Below are positions 8,480-16,991 of a stretch of 32,000 nt of DNA, piece after piece. Source of the DNA: an uncultured Bacilli bacterium (lineage in GTDB: Bacteria > Bacillota_I > Bacilli_A > RF39 > UBA660). The number at the start of each line of letters is the position of its first letter. Position 1 is the first letter of the stretch. Position numbers and translations under genes: made by a program. The DNA lies in contig CAJTWC010000002.1 of assembly GCA_910580185.1 (NCBI GenBank), positions 126,888 to 158,887 on the forward strand, written 5' to 3'. The notes under the pieces are model-generated. The model saw only the letters and a list, made by a program, of their open reading frames with translations, had not been told where the DNA came from and made no database searches.

Positions 8480-9365
8480 AATTTTAGGAAGAAACATAAG
8501 AGACGGATTTAAGAGTGTTGGAAGAAATTTAAGCTTATCAATTGCATCTATATCTTGTATAACAATTACTCTTTTAATAGTTGCAGTTGCACTTGTTGCA
8601 TCTTATAATGTTGAGAATATGACTAAGTTAATAAAAGAAGATTTTACGGTAGTAGCCTTTATTGATACAAAGGCGTCAGATGAACAAATTAGTGAATTAA
8701 AACATACTATAGAAACATATGAAAACGTTGAAAAAGTAGATCATGAAACAAAAATAGATATAGCTAATGAAATGAAAAATACGTCTGATTCATTAGCTAG
8801 TATAATTGATAGCTGGTCAGATGAAAGTAATCCATTATATGATACTTTATTAATAAAGGTAAAAGATACAGAAAAAATATCTGATACTGCTAAAAGTGTT
8901 AATGATTTAAAATTAATAAAGGAAGTTAAGTATGGTCAAGGAATGGTTGAAAACTTGTTATCTGTATTTAAAGTTTTAGAAAAAGCTATGATAGTAGCAA
9001 TGGTAGCATTAGTATTTGTAACTTTGTTCTTAATAACTAATACTATTAAAATCACTATTTTTTCAAGAAAAAGGGAAATTGAAATAATGAGATTAGTTGG
9101 AGCTTCAAATTTTTCAATTAAACAACCATTTGTAATAGAAGGTTTTTGTTTAGGTTTCTTAGGAGCTTTAATTCCAATTGCTATTACGCTTTATGGTTAT
9201 TCAGCACTGTATAATCATTTTAATGGTCAGTTGTTTTCGCCATTTATTAAGCTAGTTACACCAGAACCGTTTATATATATTGTATCGCTAGTATTATTGG
9301 GATTAGGTGTTGTTGTTGGTATGTTTGGTAGTTATAGAGCAGTAAGGAAGTATTTAAAAATATAA
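8466..9365 (+). CDS. ftsX: Cell-division permease-like protein FtsX
   Basis: [21 protein letters not shown] resembles the B. subtilis FtsX N-terminus. One TM, an extracellular domain, then three C-terminal TMs. Overlaps the ftsE stop by 14 nt. The track start 8442 is less likely. Confidence 0.9.
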   Translation: MKWFRILGRNIRDGFKSVGRNLSLSIASISCITITLLIVAVALVASYNVENMTKLIKEDFTVVAFIDTKASDEQISELKHTIETYENVEKVDHETKIDIANEMKNTSDSLASIIDSWSDESNPLYDTLLIKVKDTEKISDTAKSVNDLKLIKEVKYGQGMVENLLSVFKVLEKAMIVAMVALVFVTLFLITNTIKITIFSRKREIEIMRLVGASNFSIKQPFVIEGFCLGFLGALIPIAITLYGYSALYNHFNGQLFSPFIKLVTPEPFIYIVSLVLLGLGVVVGMFGSYRAVRKYLKI

Positions 9366-10546
9366 TGAGAAAATTATCAAGTTATTTATTAGTAACATTA
9401 ATATTATTTTTAATACCAATAACTACAATATGTGCAAAAACTATAGGTGATATTCAAAAAGAATTAAATGAGGCGCAAAAAAAATTAAATGATACCAATA
9501 CAAAAAAGGCTATGAATAGTCAAGATTTAGCTGAAACTCAAAAAAAGATAACCGAAATAAAACAAAATATAACTAAGACGGAAGGGAACATTAAAGCAAA
9601 AACAGAAGAAAGCGAACAATTAGAAAAAAATATAAAAAAGAAAAATGAAGAGACAAAAGATTTAATGAGATATTATCAAATTTCCTCTTCAGGTTCAGCT
9701 ATGATTGAATACATAATGGGCGCAGAGAGTATAACAGATCTTATTTATAGATTATCAATAACTGAGCAAATTTCATCATATAACAAGAAAGTTGTATCCG
9801 AAATGAATGATATGATAAAGGAAAATGAGAAAATAAAAAAAGATTTGGTAGCTAAAAAAGAAGAACTTGTTAAACTAAAAGAGGAACAAGATACTCAAGT
9901 AATTGTGTTGAATAAAAAACAAAGTGAACTTGATGCCGAAGGCGAATCTGACGAAAAGGCTATAGCTGGTATGCAAAAAGAATTAAAATACTATAGATCA
10001 CTTGGTTGCAGCGATAATAAAACCATAGATGCATGCTTAGCTAGTGTTTATGGTAATGGTTATTTACCAACTGGGACTACTTTTAGAAGACCTACAACAA
10101 CAGGTAGAATATCAAGTGAATTTGGTAATAGAACGTTAAACGGTGCACCAAACAAGCATTTTGCAATAGATATAGCAATGCCTACTGGAACGCCTGTATA
10201 TTCGGTAGCCCCTGGTATAGTTGGATATACAGGTGAAGTATGTGGAATATCATTAGTAATATGGCATAATATAAATGGTAAAACATATTCTTCTATATAT
10301 TGCCATTTATCAAAACAATTAGTTAAAAAAGGACAAATTGTAACTGAGAATACAATGATTGCAAAATCAGGTTGTACCGGACAGTGTTATGGCGCTCACT
10401 TACATTTTGGGATGGCAACTGGAAAATATAAAAGCGATTATTATAGATATTATGCAGGAAACGGCGATAGTTTAGAAAACCATACGTTTAATCCACGTAA
10501 TGTAATAGTTTTTCCGGCCAAAGGACAAAGTTATTATAATAGATAA
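9365..10546 (+). CDS. Secreted coiled-coil M23 peptidoglycan hydrolase (PcsB/EnvC-like FtsEX partner)
   Basis: Signal peptide MRKLSSYLLVTLILFLIPITTICA, about 200 aa of lysine/glutamate-rich coiled coil, and a C-terminal M23 domain with HFAIDIA (HxxxD) and HLHFG (HxH). The ATG overlaps the ftsX stop. Confidence 0.85.
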   Translation: MRKLSSYLLVTLILFLIPITTICAKTIGDIQKELNEAQKKLNDTNTKKAMNSQDLAETQKKITEIKQNITKTEGNIKAKTEESEQLEKNIKKKNEETKDLMRYYQISSSGSAMIEYIMGAESITDLIYRLSITEQISSYNKKVVSEMNDMIKENEKIKKDLVAKKEELVKLKEEQDTQVIVLNKKQSELDAEGESDEKAIAGMQKELKYYRSLGCSDNKTIDACLASVYGNGYLPTGTTFRRPTTTGRISSEFGNRTLNGAPNKHFAIDIAMPTGTPVYSVAPGIVGYTGEVCGISLVIWHNINGKTYSSIYCHLSKQLVKKGQIVTENTMIAKSGCTGQCYGAHLHFGMATGKYKSDYYRYYAGNGDSLENHTFNPRNVIVFPAKGQSYYNR

Positions 10547-10576
10547 AAGGAGTAGTTACTCCTTTTGTTTTATTTT
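10545..10576 (+). terminator. Intrinsic terminator after the M23 peptidase gene
   Basis: AAAAGGAGT / ACTCCTTTT stem, loop AGTT, then GTTTTATTTT. Confidence 0.8.
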
Positions 10577-10587
10577 GAGTTTAGGTA
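10574..10587. repeat. Left arm of a 14-nt perfect inverted repeat (TTTGAGTTTAGGTA)
   Basis: Its reverse complement TACCTAAACTCAAA occurs at 10872..10885. Confidence 0.7.
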
Positions 10588-10603
10588 AAATTTATAAAGG
10601 TAT

Positions 10604-10645
10604 AAAAAAATCAGAGAATGTGGAAAACTTTCTCTGATTTTTTGT
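10604..10645. terminator. Bidirectional intrinsic terminator hairpin
   Basis: AAAAAAATCAGAGAA ... TTCTCTGATTTTTT: a 9-bp stem flanked by an A-run on one side and a T-run on the other, so it reads as a terminator on both strands. Confidence 0.7.
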
Positions 10646-10737
10646 TTAAAAGTAAGGTAAATATCCCTCGATTGTAGTAAAATTTAATTGGTATCAAAAA
10701 TTAATACTAAACAAAAATACGAGGAGGTATTTACATG
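10604..10737 (-). ncRNA. Candidate ~130-nt small RNA (orphan promoter to bidirectional terminator) with a CCUCCUC motif near its 5' end
   Basis: The minus strand reads TTGCAT (10770-10765), a 17-nt spacer, then TATAAT (10747-10742). Predicted start is near 10735-10737. The transcript runs into the hairpin plus U-run at 10645-10604. No ORF of note on that strand. Confidence 0.4.
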
Positions 10738-10806
10738 ACTAATTATACTATGAATGCATATGAAATGCAAAGAGATAAATATAGACAATTAGAATTAAAA
10801 CTATAG
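10735..10806 (+). CDS. Possible 23-aa small ORF (MTNYTMNAYEMQRDKYRQLELKL)
   Basis: ATG lies 7 nt after a perfect GAGGAGG (10721-10727). I found no convincing + strand promoter between the upstream terminators and the ORF. The SD-like sequence may simply be the complement of the antisense RNA's CCUCCUC. Confidence 0.2.
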   Translation: MTNYTMNAYEMQRDKYRQLELKL

Positions 10807-10871
10807 TGTTTTTTAAAAAACTAACCGCACATTAATTGTGCACTTCATTTTTTAAAAAACATTTCATAAAA

Positions 10872-10885
10872 TACCTAAACTCAAA
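10872..10885. repeat. Right arm of the 14-nt perfect inverted repeat (TACCTAAACTCAAA)
   Basis: Reverse complement of 10574..10587. The arms enclose 284 bp. Confidence 0.7.
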
Positions 10886-10957
10886 TGTTTTATATATTGT
10901 GATTTAATACCATTTGTGGTAGAATTAATATAAATAATAGTGTAGGAGTGTGCTATC

Positions 10958-11809
10958 TTGAGAGAAAAAGTAATTAAGATAAAAAATAGAATTATAGCGA
11001 AAATTAATGATATAAGTAAAAAGAAAATGGTAGTAATTTGTATTGCTATATTTTTTATTGCTTTATTAATGATGCTATCTCCTACATTAATAAAAAATAT
11101 ATTGGGAAGTGTTAATAATATTAAACAAGGTTCCGCAGCAGGAGTAGAAATTGAAACTCCAAAAAGAGTTTTATTAGGTGATCCAAACGGATGGGAACAA
11201 TACCTAGGTGCTACAATTTATAATTGGGACAATTTCCAAGTTACAATTAAAAATGACAGTGAATTTAAAATGACTAACATATCTGTTAGTATGACAGGTA
11301 CAGGAGAAGTAATAGGAACGGATAATAGTACTGGAAATTTTTGGTGTGTTGAAGGATTTTCTAATGAGATTGAGTCTAAAACATCAAATACTTTTAAATG
11401 TAATGGAGTTATAAAAGATGCTTATAATTATAATGATGTTACTGAAACTATGACTATTTCCTATTCTATGAATGGTAATATTTATAATGATACAGTTGAT
11501 ATAGATTTCTATCATATTGTACCTAAAATTAATAATGAAACAGTTCTACAAAATACTACTGATCCAGCAATATATTCATATAAATATAAAGGTGGAGAAG
11601 GCGAGGATTTTTATCAAAAAATATCCAAAACGGATATTTATATGGATATAACCGAATCTTTAGATGATCAAAATATTAATTTTTCATACCGGTCGAAATT
11701 CGGGAATCATATATACATAGAAGCCCCTCAATCAGATGATTCTGCTAAAACCATTTATAATCAAAGTTTAGCACCGAGGTTAAGTGAATATTTTTATTCA
11801 AGTAGATAA
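10958..11809 (+). CDS. Membrane-anchored/secreted hypothetical protein, possibly the N-terminal part of a split giant surface protein
   Basis: TTG start 7 nt after TAGGAG. N-terminal signal-anchor MVVICIAIFFIALLMMLSPTLI. Its end overlaps the next ORF by 26 nt in the +1 frame. Confidence 0.65.
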   Translation: MREKVIKIKNRIIAKINDISKKKMVVICIAIFFIALLMMLSPTLIKNILGSVNNIKQGSAAGVEIETPKRVLLGDPNGWEQYLGATIYNWDNFQVTIKNDSEFKMTNISVSMTGTGEVIGTDNSTGNFWCVEGFSNEIESKTSNTFKCNGVIKDAYNYNDVTETMTISYSMNGNIYNDTVDIDFYHIVPKINNETVLQNTTDPAIYSYKYKGGEGEDFYQKISKTDIYMDITESLDDQNINFSYRSKFGNHIYIEAPQSDDSAKTIYNQSLAPRLSEYFYSSR

Positions 11810-14459
11810 TCATAAACTATGGGGAACTCCATCTAAGGTTACGAATGGTACTGTAACTGTGTATGTGCCAGTTTTTGCAAAATATTGTAAGAATGATAAT
11901 TGTAACATACTTGGTTATAATTATAATACGTATCAAGAAGCGAATTTTGAAATTGGCACTGCTGGTTATCCATATATAAATTTAACTATATATGATAAGA
12001 AAGAACTAGCTAATAACATAAACAAAGCTCAGTCAAAATTAGACATGTATGATGATTCTATTTATAATAACTCTGATCTGAAAAATGCTATTAAAACGGC
12101 TTTAAGTATATATAAAACAAGAGTTTTAAGTCAAAACGATATTAATAATGCGGTTGATGCATTATTAAGTTATTCATCAGATGAATATGTGCCACCGAAG
12201 TTTCCAGCTGATTATTCGGAACTTGATAATATGATTGTGCAAGCAAGAAGTTTAAATAATGTAACCAGTGTCGGGGAACATCAATTGTACACAACTGAAT
12301 CTTGGAATAATTTTCAAAACATACTAAATGAAGTAAGTAGTATTTCTAGAAATTATATGATAGATGAGCAAAGTATAGTTGAAGATGCTATTAATGAGTT
12401 AAAGACGGTAATGTCAATTTCGGATGAAGGTTTAGTCTACGCAAATGGATATTATGATTCGGTATCTATTGCGTTATCATCTTTAAAAGATTTAGGAATT
12501 GTTTATGATATTACGGATTTATCGGGGAGAAAGCTAGAAAAAGTTAAGATAACTATAAACGATAAAAAGTATGACTTATATACTACAGAGTCTTGGGATG
12601 TATTACAAAGTTCTGTCGATCGAATAGATACAACACTTAAAGCAAATGAACAAGAAAAAATAGAAAACATAGCTAATAATATTACCAAAGCAATAGAAGG
12701 TTTAGAATATGCCCCTGCTATATATGATGAGTTATTGGAAATAATTTCAACATATGAAAATAATAAGGATTCGTATACTGAAGTTTCTAAAATTCCAGTT
12801 GATAATTTTATCGCTACTTATGATAAAAATATTAAAATTAATAATCAGATATTAGTTGATAACTTGGTTAATGAATTAAAAGAATTAATTGCTCGATTAC
12901 AATATAATCCAGCAAATTATGAAATATTAGATGCCAAAATAATAGAATATCAATCAACAGTAGAATATAAAAATAATTGGTATACAGAAGAAACAAAAGA
13001 TGCAGTAGAAAAGTATATTTTATCGATAGATAGAAATAAAACCTTTGATAAGCAAAGTGAAGTAGATAATTATGTAATAGAATTAGAAAACTTGATTAGA
13101 AAGTTAAGATTAAAACAAGCATCATATACTGATTTTGACGAAAAGGCAAAAGAATATAAGCAAAGTGAAGCTTATACAAACAATTGGTATACAGAAGAAA
13201 GCAGAATTATAGTTGACGAGTATATATCATCGATAGATAGAACAAAATTAATTGATAAGCAAGGCGAGGTAGATAATTATGTAATAGAATTGGAAAGTAA
13301 AATTAATGCTTTGATATTAAAACCTGCTGATTATACTAAAGTAAATGAACTTGTAAAGAAGGTAGACAATGATATTACTCCAATAAAAGATATGTATCTA
13401 AATTACGATAACGTTATAAATATTATAAATAAAATAGTATATAATTATGATATATCTGAACAAAGTAAAGTAGAATCTATAATAAAAGAATTAGAAGAAG
13501 CTATTCTTAAACTAAAATTTAAACCTGCAAATTATGATGAATTAAAAGAGTTAATTGCAAAACTTCCTAATGATTATTCAGCATACAATAAGGATTTGCA
13601 AGACGAATTTAAACAATTACTAAATGACTTAGAAAAATTATCAAATGATTTATTTATTTTTGAACAAGAAAAAGTCAATAAAATGACTGAAAGAGTAAAA
13701 TTATTATTAAAGAAAATAAGCGAATCTGAAGCTTCATCTGAAGTAACGAAAGATGTTGTCACTGATACACCAGTAGAGGTAAAGGAAGATAAATCTCAAA
13801 GCGAAAAGTTAAAACACGAGTCAGATAATATAATTAAAGTAACTCCAAAAGAATCTACCAAAACAGATACTAAAGTAATTAGATATATTAAGATAAATGG
13901 ACAAATTATAGATTTAACTAAAAAAGAACTTAAATTAACTGTGAAATCTAATGTTTCATCAGTAAGTATTGACGTTAGTTTGTATAATAATAAATATAAA
14001 TATGAAGTATATGGTGGACAAAAACTAACATATGGGGATAACGAAATAACGGTAATTGTAACAGATAATTTAAATGAACATTATGTTTACACGATAACTG
14101 TTAGTAGACAAAGCGCTAATAATTATTTAACTACATTAGAAGTAAAGGGTTCTAATATTGTATTCGATAAAAGAAAATTAGATTATAATATTAAAGTAGA
14201 TAGAAAAACAAAAAAACTTAATATTACTGTTTTGGCTGAGGACAAAGATGCTAAAATAGCCATAAAAGGTAATAATAACCTTAAAGATGGAAGCAAAGTA
14301 ATAATAGAAGTAAAATCAGTAGATAGTAATGTTAGGATCTATACTCTAAATATTCAAAAGCCGAAATCAATTATTGTTGAAATTTCCATAATTTTAGTAG
14401 TAGGTTTATCTGCATTAGCTGGGATTTTTAGAACAATAACAATTAGAAAACAAAATTAG
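11784..14459 (+). CDS. Large repeat-containing surface protein (helical repeat modules, cadherin-like beta-sandwich-type C-terminal domains, C-terminal TM anchor)
   Basis: 891 aa. YTTESW motifs (FIVAR-like, from memory). Five roughly 68-aa modules beginning P-A-x-Y. Two domains resembling the cadherin-like beta-sandwich pattern (NNYLTTLEVKGSNIVFDKRKLDYNIKV...IYTLNIQK). Terminal TM IIVEISIILVVGLSALAGIF. No N-terminal signal. GTG start directly after an in-frame TAA (11781). Confidence 0.75.
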   Translation: MNIFIQVDNHKLWGTPSKVTNGTVTVYVPVFAKYCKNDNCNILGYNYNTYQEANFEIGTAGYPYINLTIYDKKELANNINKAQSKLDMYDDSIYNNSDLKNAIKTALSIYKTRVLSQNDINNAVDALLSYSSDEYVPPKFPADYSELDNMIVQARSLNNVTSVGEHQLYTTESWNNFQNILNEVSSISRNYMIDEQSIVEDAINELKTVMSISDEGLVYANGYYDSVSIALSSLKDLGIVYDITDLSGRKLEKVKITINDKKYDLYTTESWDVLQSSVDRIDTTLKANEQEKIENIANNITKAIEGLEYAPAIYDELLEIISTYENNKDSYTEVSKIPVDNFIATYDKNIKINNQILVDNLVNELKELIARLQYNPANYEILDAKIIEYQSTVEYKNNWYTEETKDAVEKYILSIDRNKTFDKQSEVDNYVIELENLIRKLRLKQASYTDFDEKAKEYKQSEAYTNNWYTEESRIIVDEYISSIDRTKLIDKQGEVDNYVIELESKINALILKPADYTKVNELVKKVDNDITPIKDMYLNYDNVINIINKIVYNYDISEQSKVESIIKELEEAILKLKFKPANYDELKELIAKLPNDYSAYNKDLQDEFKQLLNDLEKLSNDLFIFEQEKVNKMTERVKLLLKKISESEASSEVTKDVVTDTPVEVKEDKSQSEKLKHESDNIIKVTPKESTKTDTKVIRYIKINGQIIDLTKKELKLTVKSNVSSVSIDVSLYNNKYKYEVYGGQKLTYGDNEITVIVTDNLNEHYVYTITVSRQSANNYLTTLEVKGSNIVFDKRKLDYNIKVDRKTKKLNITVLAEDKDAKIAIKGNNNLKDGSKVIIEVKSVDSNVRIYTLNIQKPKSIIVEISIILVVGLSALAGIFRTITIRKQN
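12899..13315 (+). repeat. Tandem in-frame duplication (~208-nt period) inside the surface-protein gene
   Basis: AATTGGTATACAGAAGAAA...TCGATAGATAGAA...GATAAGCAA...GTAGATAATTATGTAATAGAATT recurs at about 12966 and about 13173. More diverged copies flank it (about 12700-13720). Confidence 0.7.
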
Positions 14460-14469
14460 TAATAGAAAT

Positions 14470-14501
14470 AAAGCAGCCTTTTTATGGCTGTTTTATTTTT
14501 T
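14470..14501 (+). terminator. Intrinsic terminator after the surface-protein gene
   Basis: AAAGCAGCC / GGCTGTTTT stem (one G:T pair), loop TTTTTAT, then a T-rich tail. Confidence 0.75.
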
Positions 14502-14727
14502 AAATTTTATAGTTAAAAGATGACATATAATTCAAAAAATTATTAACTAAATATATAATAATTATTTTTTCTCCTTATTAGGTGTTTGAATTATATAAAT
14601 TAATAAAGTATAAAACAATTATTTATATAACAGATAATATTATCGCTATTTAATTCTAATTTGGATAAAAATAGTATGGTAATATTACATTTATATTGTA
14701 TAATATTTGATAAGAAGAGGTGATATT

Positions 14728-15948
14728 ATGGAATTATTAGATAGATTTTTAAATTATGTTAAGATACCTACTGCATCTAATTCGAAAAGTAAAACTACAC
14801 CTAGTACTAATTCTCAGTTTTTATTAGCAAATCTTTTATATGATGAATTAAAGAATTTAGGAATAGATGATATATATTATGATGAAGAAAAATGTTATAT
14901 ATACGCTGTATTAAAAGGTAAAGAAAAGTATGATAAAGTAGGATTTATTTCCCATATGGATACATCTGAAGATGCTTTCTCATCTAAGATAAATCCGATT
15001 ATCCATTATAATTATGACGGTTCTATAATAAAATTAAATAATGAAGTAATAATAGATCCGGAAAATTATCCGGGATTAAAAGATAAAATAGGAAAGACTA
15101 TAATAACAGCTGATGGAACAAGTTTATTAGGTGCTGATGATAAAGCAGGGATTGCTGAAATAATGAATATGCTCGAATATTTTTCACAAAATGAATGTGA
15201 CCATGGTGATATATACGTATGTTTTACTCCAGATGAAGAAATAGGAAACAGCGTAGAAAACTTTTCATATGAAAGGTTTCCAGTTGATTATGCTTACACC
15301 GTTGATGGTTATGCAGCAGGAGAGATTTCTTATAATAATTTTAATGCTGCAACTGCTTATATAGAAATAGAGGGTATATCAACTCATACTGGAATTGCCA
15401 AGGATAAAATGATAAATGCTTTAACGGTGGCAAGCGAATTAGATTCTATGCTTCCTAATGAAAGACCAGAAAATACAGAAAAAGATGAGGGCTTTTATCA
15501 CCATTACCATACCAATGGTAATCATTCAAGAGCAACTATGGACTATCTGATTAGGGATTTTAGTTTAAAAGGTTTTGAAGATAGAAAAGAAACCTTAAAG
15601 AAGATAGTAGACGAATTATCAGAAAAGTATGGAGTTAAAATTACTTTAAAAATAGTAGATTCTTATTATAATATGTATGAAGTTATTAAAGATAATTTTT
15701 ATATTGTTGAAAACGTATTAGCGGCAACTAAAAATGTAGGAATAGAGCCAAAACAAGTGTTAACTAGGGGTGGTACTGATGGTACTAGGTTGTCAAGTAA
15801 CGGAATTCCTTGTCCTAATTTAGGTATTGGTGGCGATGGATTTCACAGCGTATATGAGCACGTTTGTTATGAAGACATGCAATTAGAAAGTGATATATTA
15901 ATAGAAGTAGTAAAAGAAAGTGCAAAGCAACATAGAATTAAAAAATAA
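14728..15948 (+). CDS. pepT: Peptidase T (tripeptide aminopeptidase, M20B)
   Basis: MELLDRFLNYVKIPT start, ISHMDT, GADDKAGIAEIM, TPDEEIG and TRGGTDG motifs. ATG 14728 after AAGAGGTGA. The track start TTG 14707 is unlikely. Confidence 0.9.
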   Translation: MELLDRFLNYVKIPTASNSKSKTTPSTNSQFLLANLLYDELKNLGIDDIYYDEEKCYIYAVLKGKEKYDKVGFISHMDTSEDAFSSKINPIIHYNYDGSIIKLNNEVIIDPENYPGLKDKIGKTIITADGTSLLGADDKAGIAEIMNMLEYFSQNECDHGDIYVCFTPDEEIGNSVENFSYERFPVDYAYTVDGYAAGEISYNNFNAATAYIEIEGISTHTGIAKDKMINALTVASELDSMLPNERPENTEKDEGFYHHYHTNGNHSRATMDYLIRDFSLKGFEDRKETLKKIVDELSEKYGVKITLKIVDSYYNMYEVIKDNFYIVENVLAATKNVGIEPKQVLTRGGTDGTRLSSNGIPCPNLGIGGDGFHSVYEHVCYEDMQLESDILIEVVKESAKQHRIKK

Positions 15949-15979
15949 TTTAAACCTAGCCTAAGGAGGTGAAATATGG

Positions 15980-16918
15980 ATGTTAGATCAATTTAACAGT
16001 TATAGAAATAAAAATGGATATATAAATTTAGACCAAATAAAAAATAAATTTATTATCAATAATAATATATATGGTTCTAGGGATAAAGAGTGGTTAAGCT
16101 TAAACGGAACAAAAGTTTTGTTTATAGAAAACAAAAGACATGGAGAAGACATAAAAGAAATGGTAAATCAAGAAATATCTAGGTATTTGAAAGTTTCTTC
16201 CGCTAACTATGATTTAGCCATAAAAGAAGGAAAAGCAGGAGTTATAACATTACCATTTTTTACTGGAAAACAGGTCTTTTTACCTGCAATGCTTTTATTA
16301 TTTCAATCCAAAACGGTTGGGAACTCTAATGATATATTATCTATTTATAATGCATTGGTAGAAAATAATGCATCTAATAATGAACTAATATGTATAATGA
16401 ATGCTTATTTTTTAAATCAAGTACAGGATATTTTTACTTTTCAATATGATCGCAATATGGAAAATTCTGGTATTATACTTGATGATAAAAAGTTTTTACC
16501 AGGAGTTAGATTTGATTCCGCAGGAAGTTTTCTTAAATTTTATGAAGATAGGAAGATAAATAGTTTTCTTTTAAGACAAGATAGAAAAGTATGCGTATAT
16601 AATAAAAATTATGGTAGAACAAAACTTAGAATTACACCAACGCAAACATATGATTCAATAAAAGAATTTATTCAATTTAGATATTTAGACGAATTTAATA
16701 GTAAACTTCCAGAAATTATGAAAGATTCTATTAAGAATATGGATAGTTCTGTAGAAAAAATGTATAATTATAATTTAAAAGAAACATTTGATAAACTTTC
16801 GTATTATAATATCAATGTAAGTAATATGTATCAAAAATTGATTAAATTTTGCCTAGATTTATCTAAGGAAAGATTTGAAGATGATATGAATAAAATCCAA
16901 AAGTACGGAACAATATAA
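15980..16918 (+). CDS. Hypothetical protein, 312 aa; weak kinase-like (HipA C-terminal-type) motif
   Basis: AAGGAGGTGA RBS, 31 nt after pepT. QYDRNMENSGIIL...VRFDSAGSF loosely resembles a D-x-x-x-x-N catalytic loop followed by a metal-binding D, as in HipA-type kinases. The ORF looks real; the functional hint is weak. Confidence 0.6.
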   Translation: MLDQFNSYRNKNGYINLDQIKNKFIINNNIYGSRDKEWLSLNGTKVLFIENKRHGEDIKEMVNQEISRYLKVSSANYDLAIKEGKAGVITLPFFTGKQVFLPAMLLLFQSKTVGNSNDILSIYNALVENNASNNELICIMNAYFLNQVQDIFTFQYDRNMENSGIILDDKKFLPGVRFDSAGSFLKFYEDRKINSFLLRQDRKVCVYNKNYGRTKLRITPTQTYDSIKEFIQFRYLDEFNSKLPEIMKDSIKNMDSSVEKMYNYNLKETFDKLSYYNINVSNMYQKLIKFCLDLSKERFEDDMNKIQKYGTI

Positions 16919-16991
16919 TTTAAATAAAATAATATTGTTTTTTTATGATGGTTGTATTAAAATAATATTATAAATTAGAAAGAAGGTGAGT

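Noticed and set aside
10735-10806. The 23-aa ORF as a type I toxin opposite the antisense RNA
   Set aside because: The peptide is hydrophilic and charged with no TM helix, unlike known type I toxins. It is kept only as a low-confidence small ORF.
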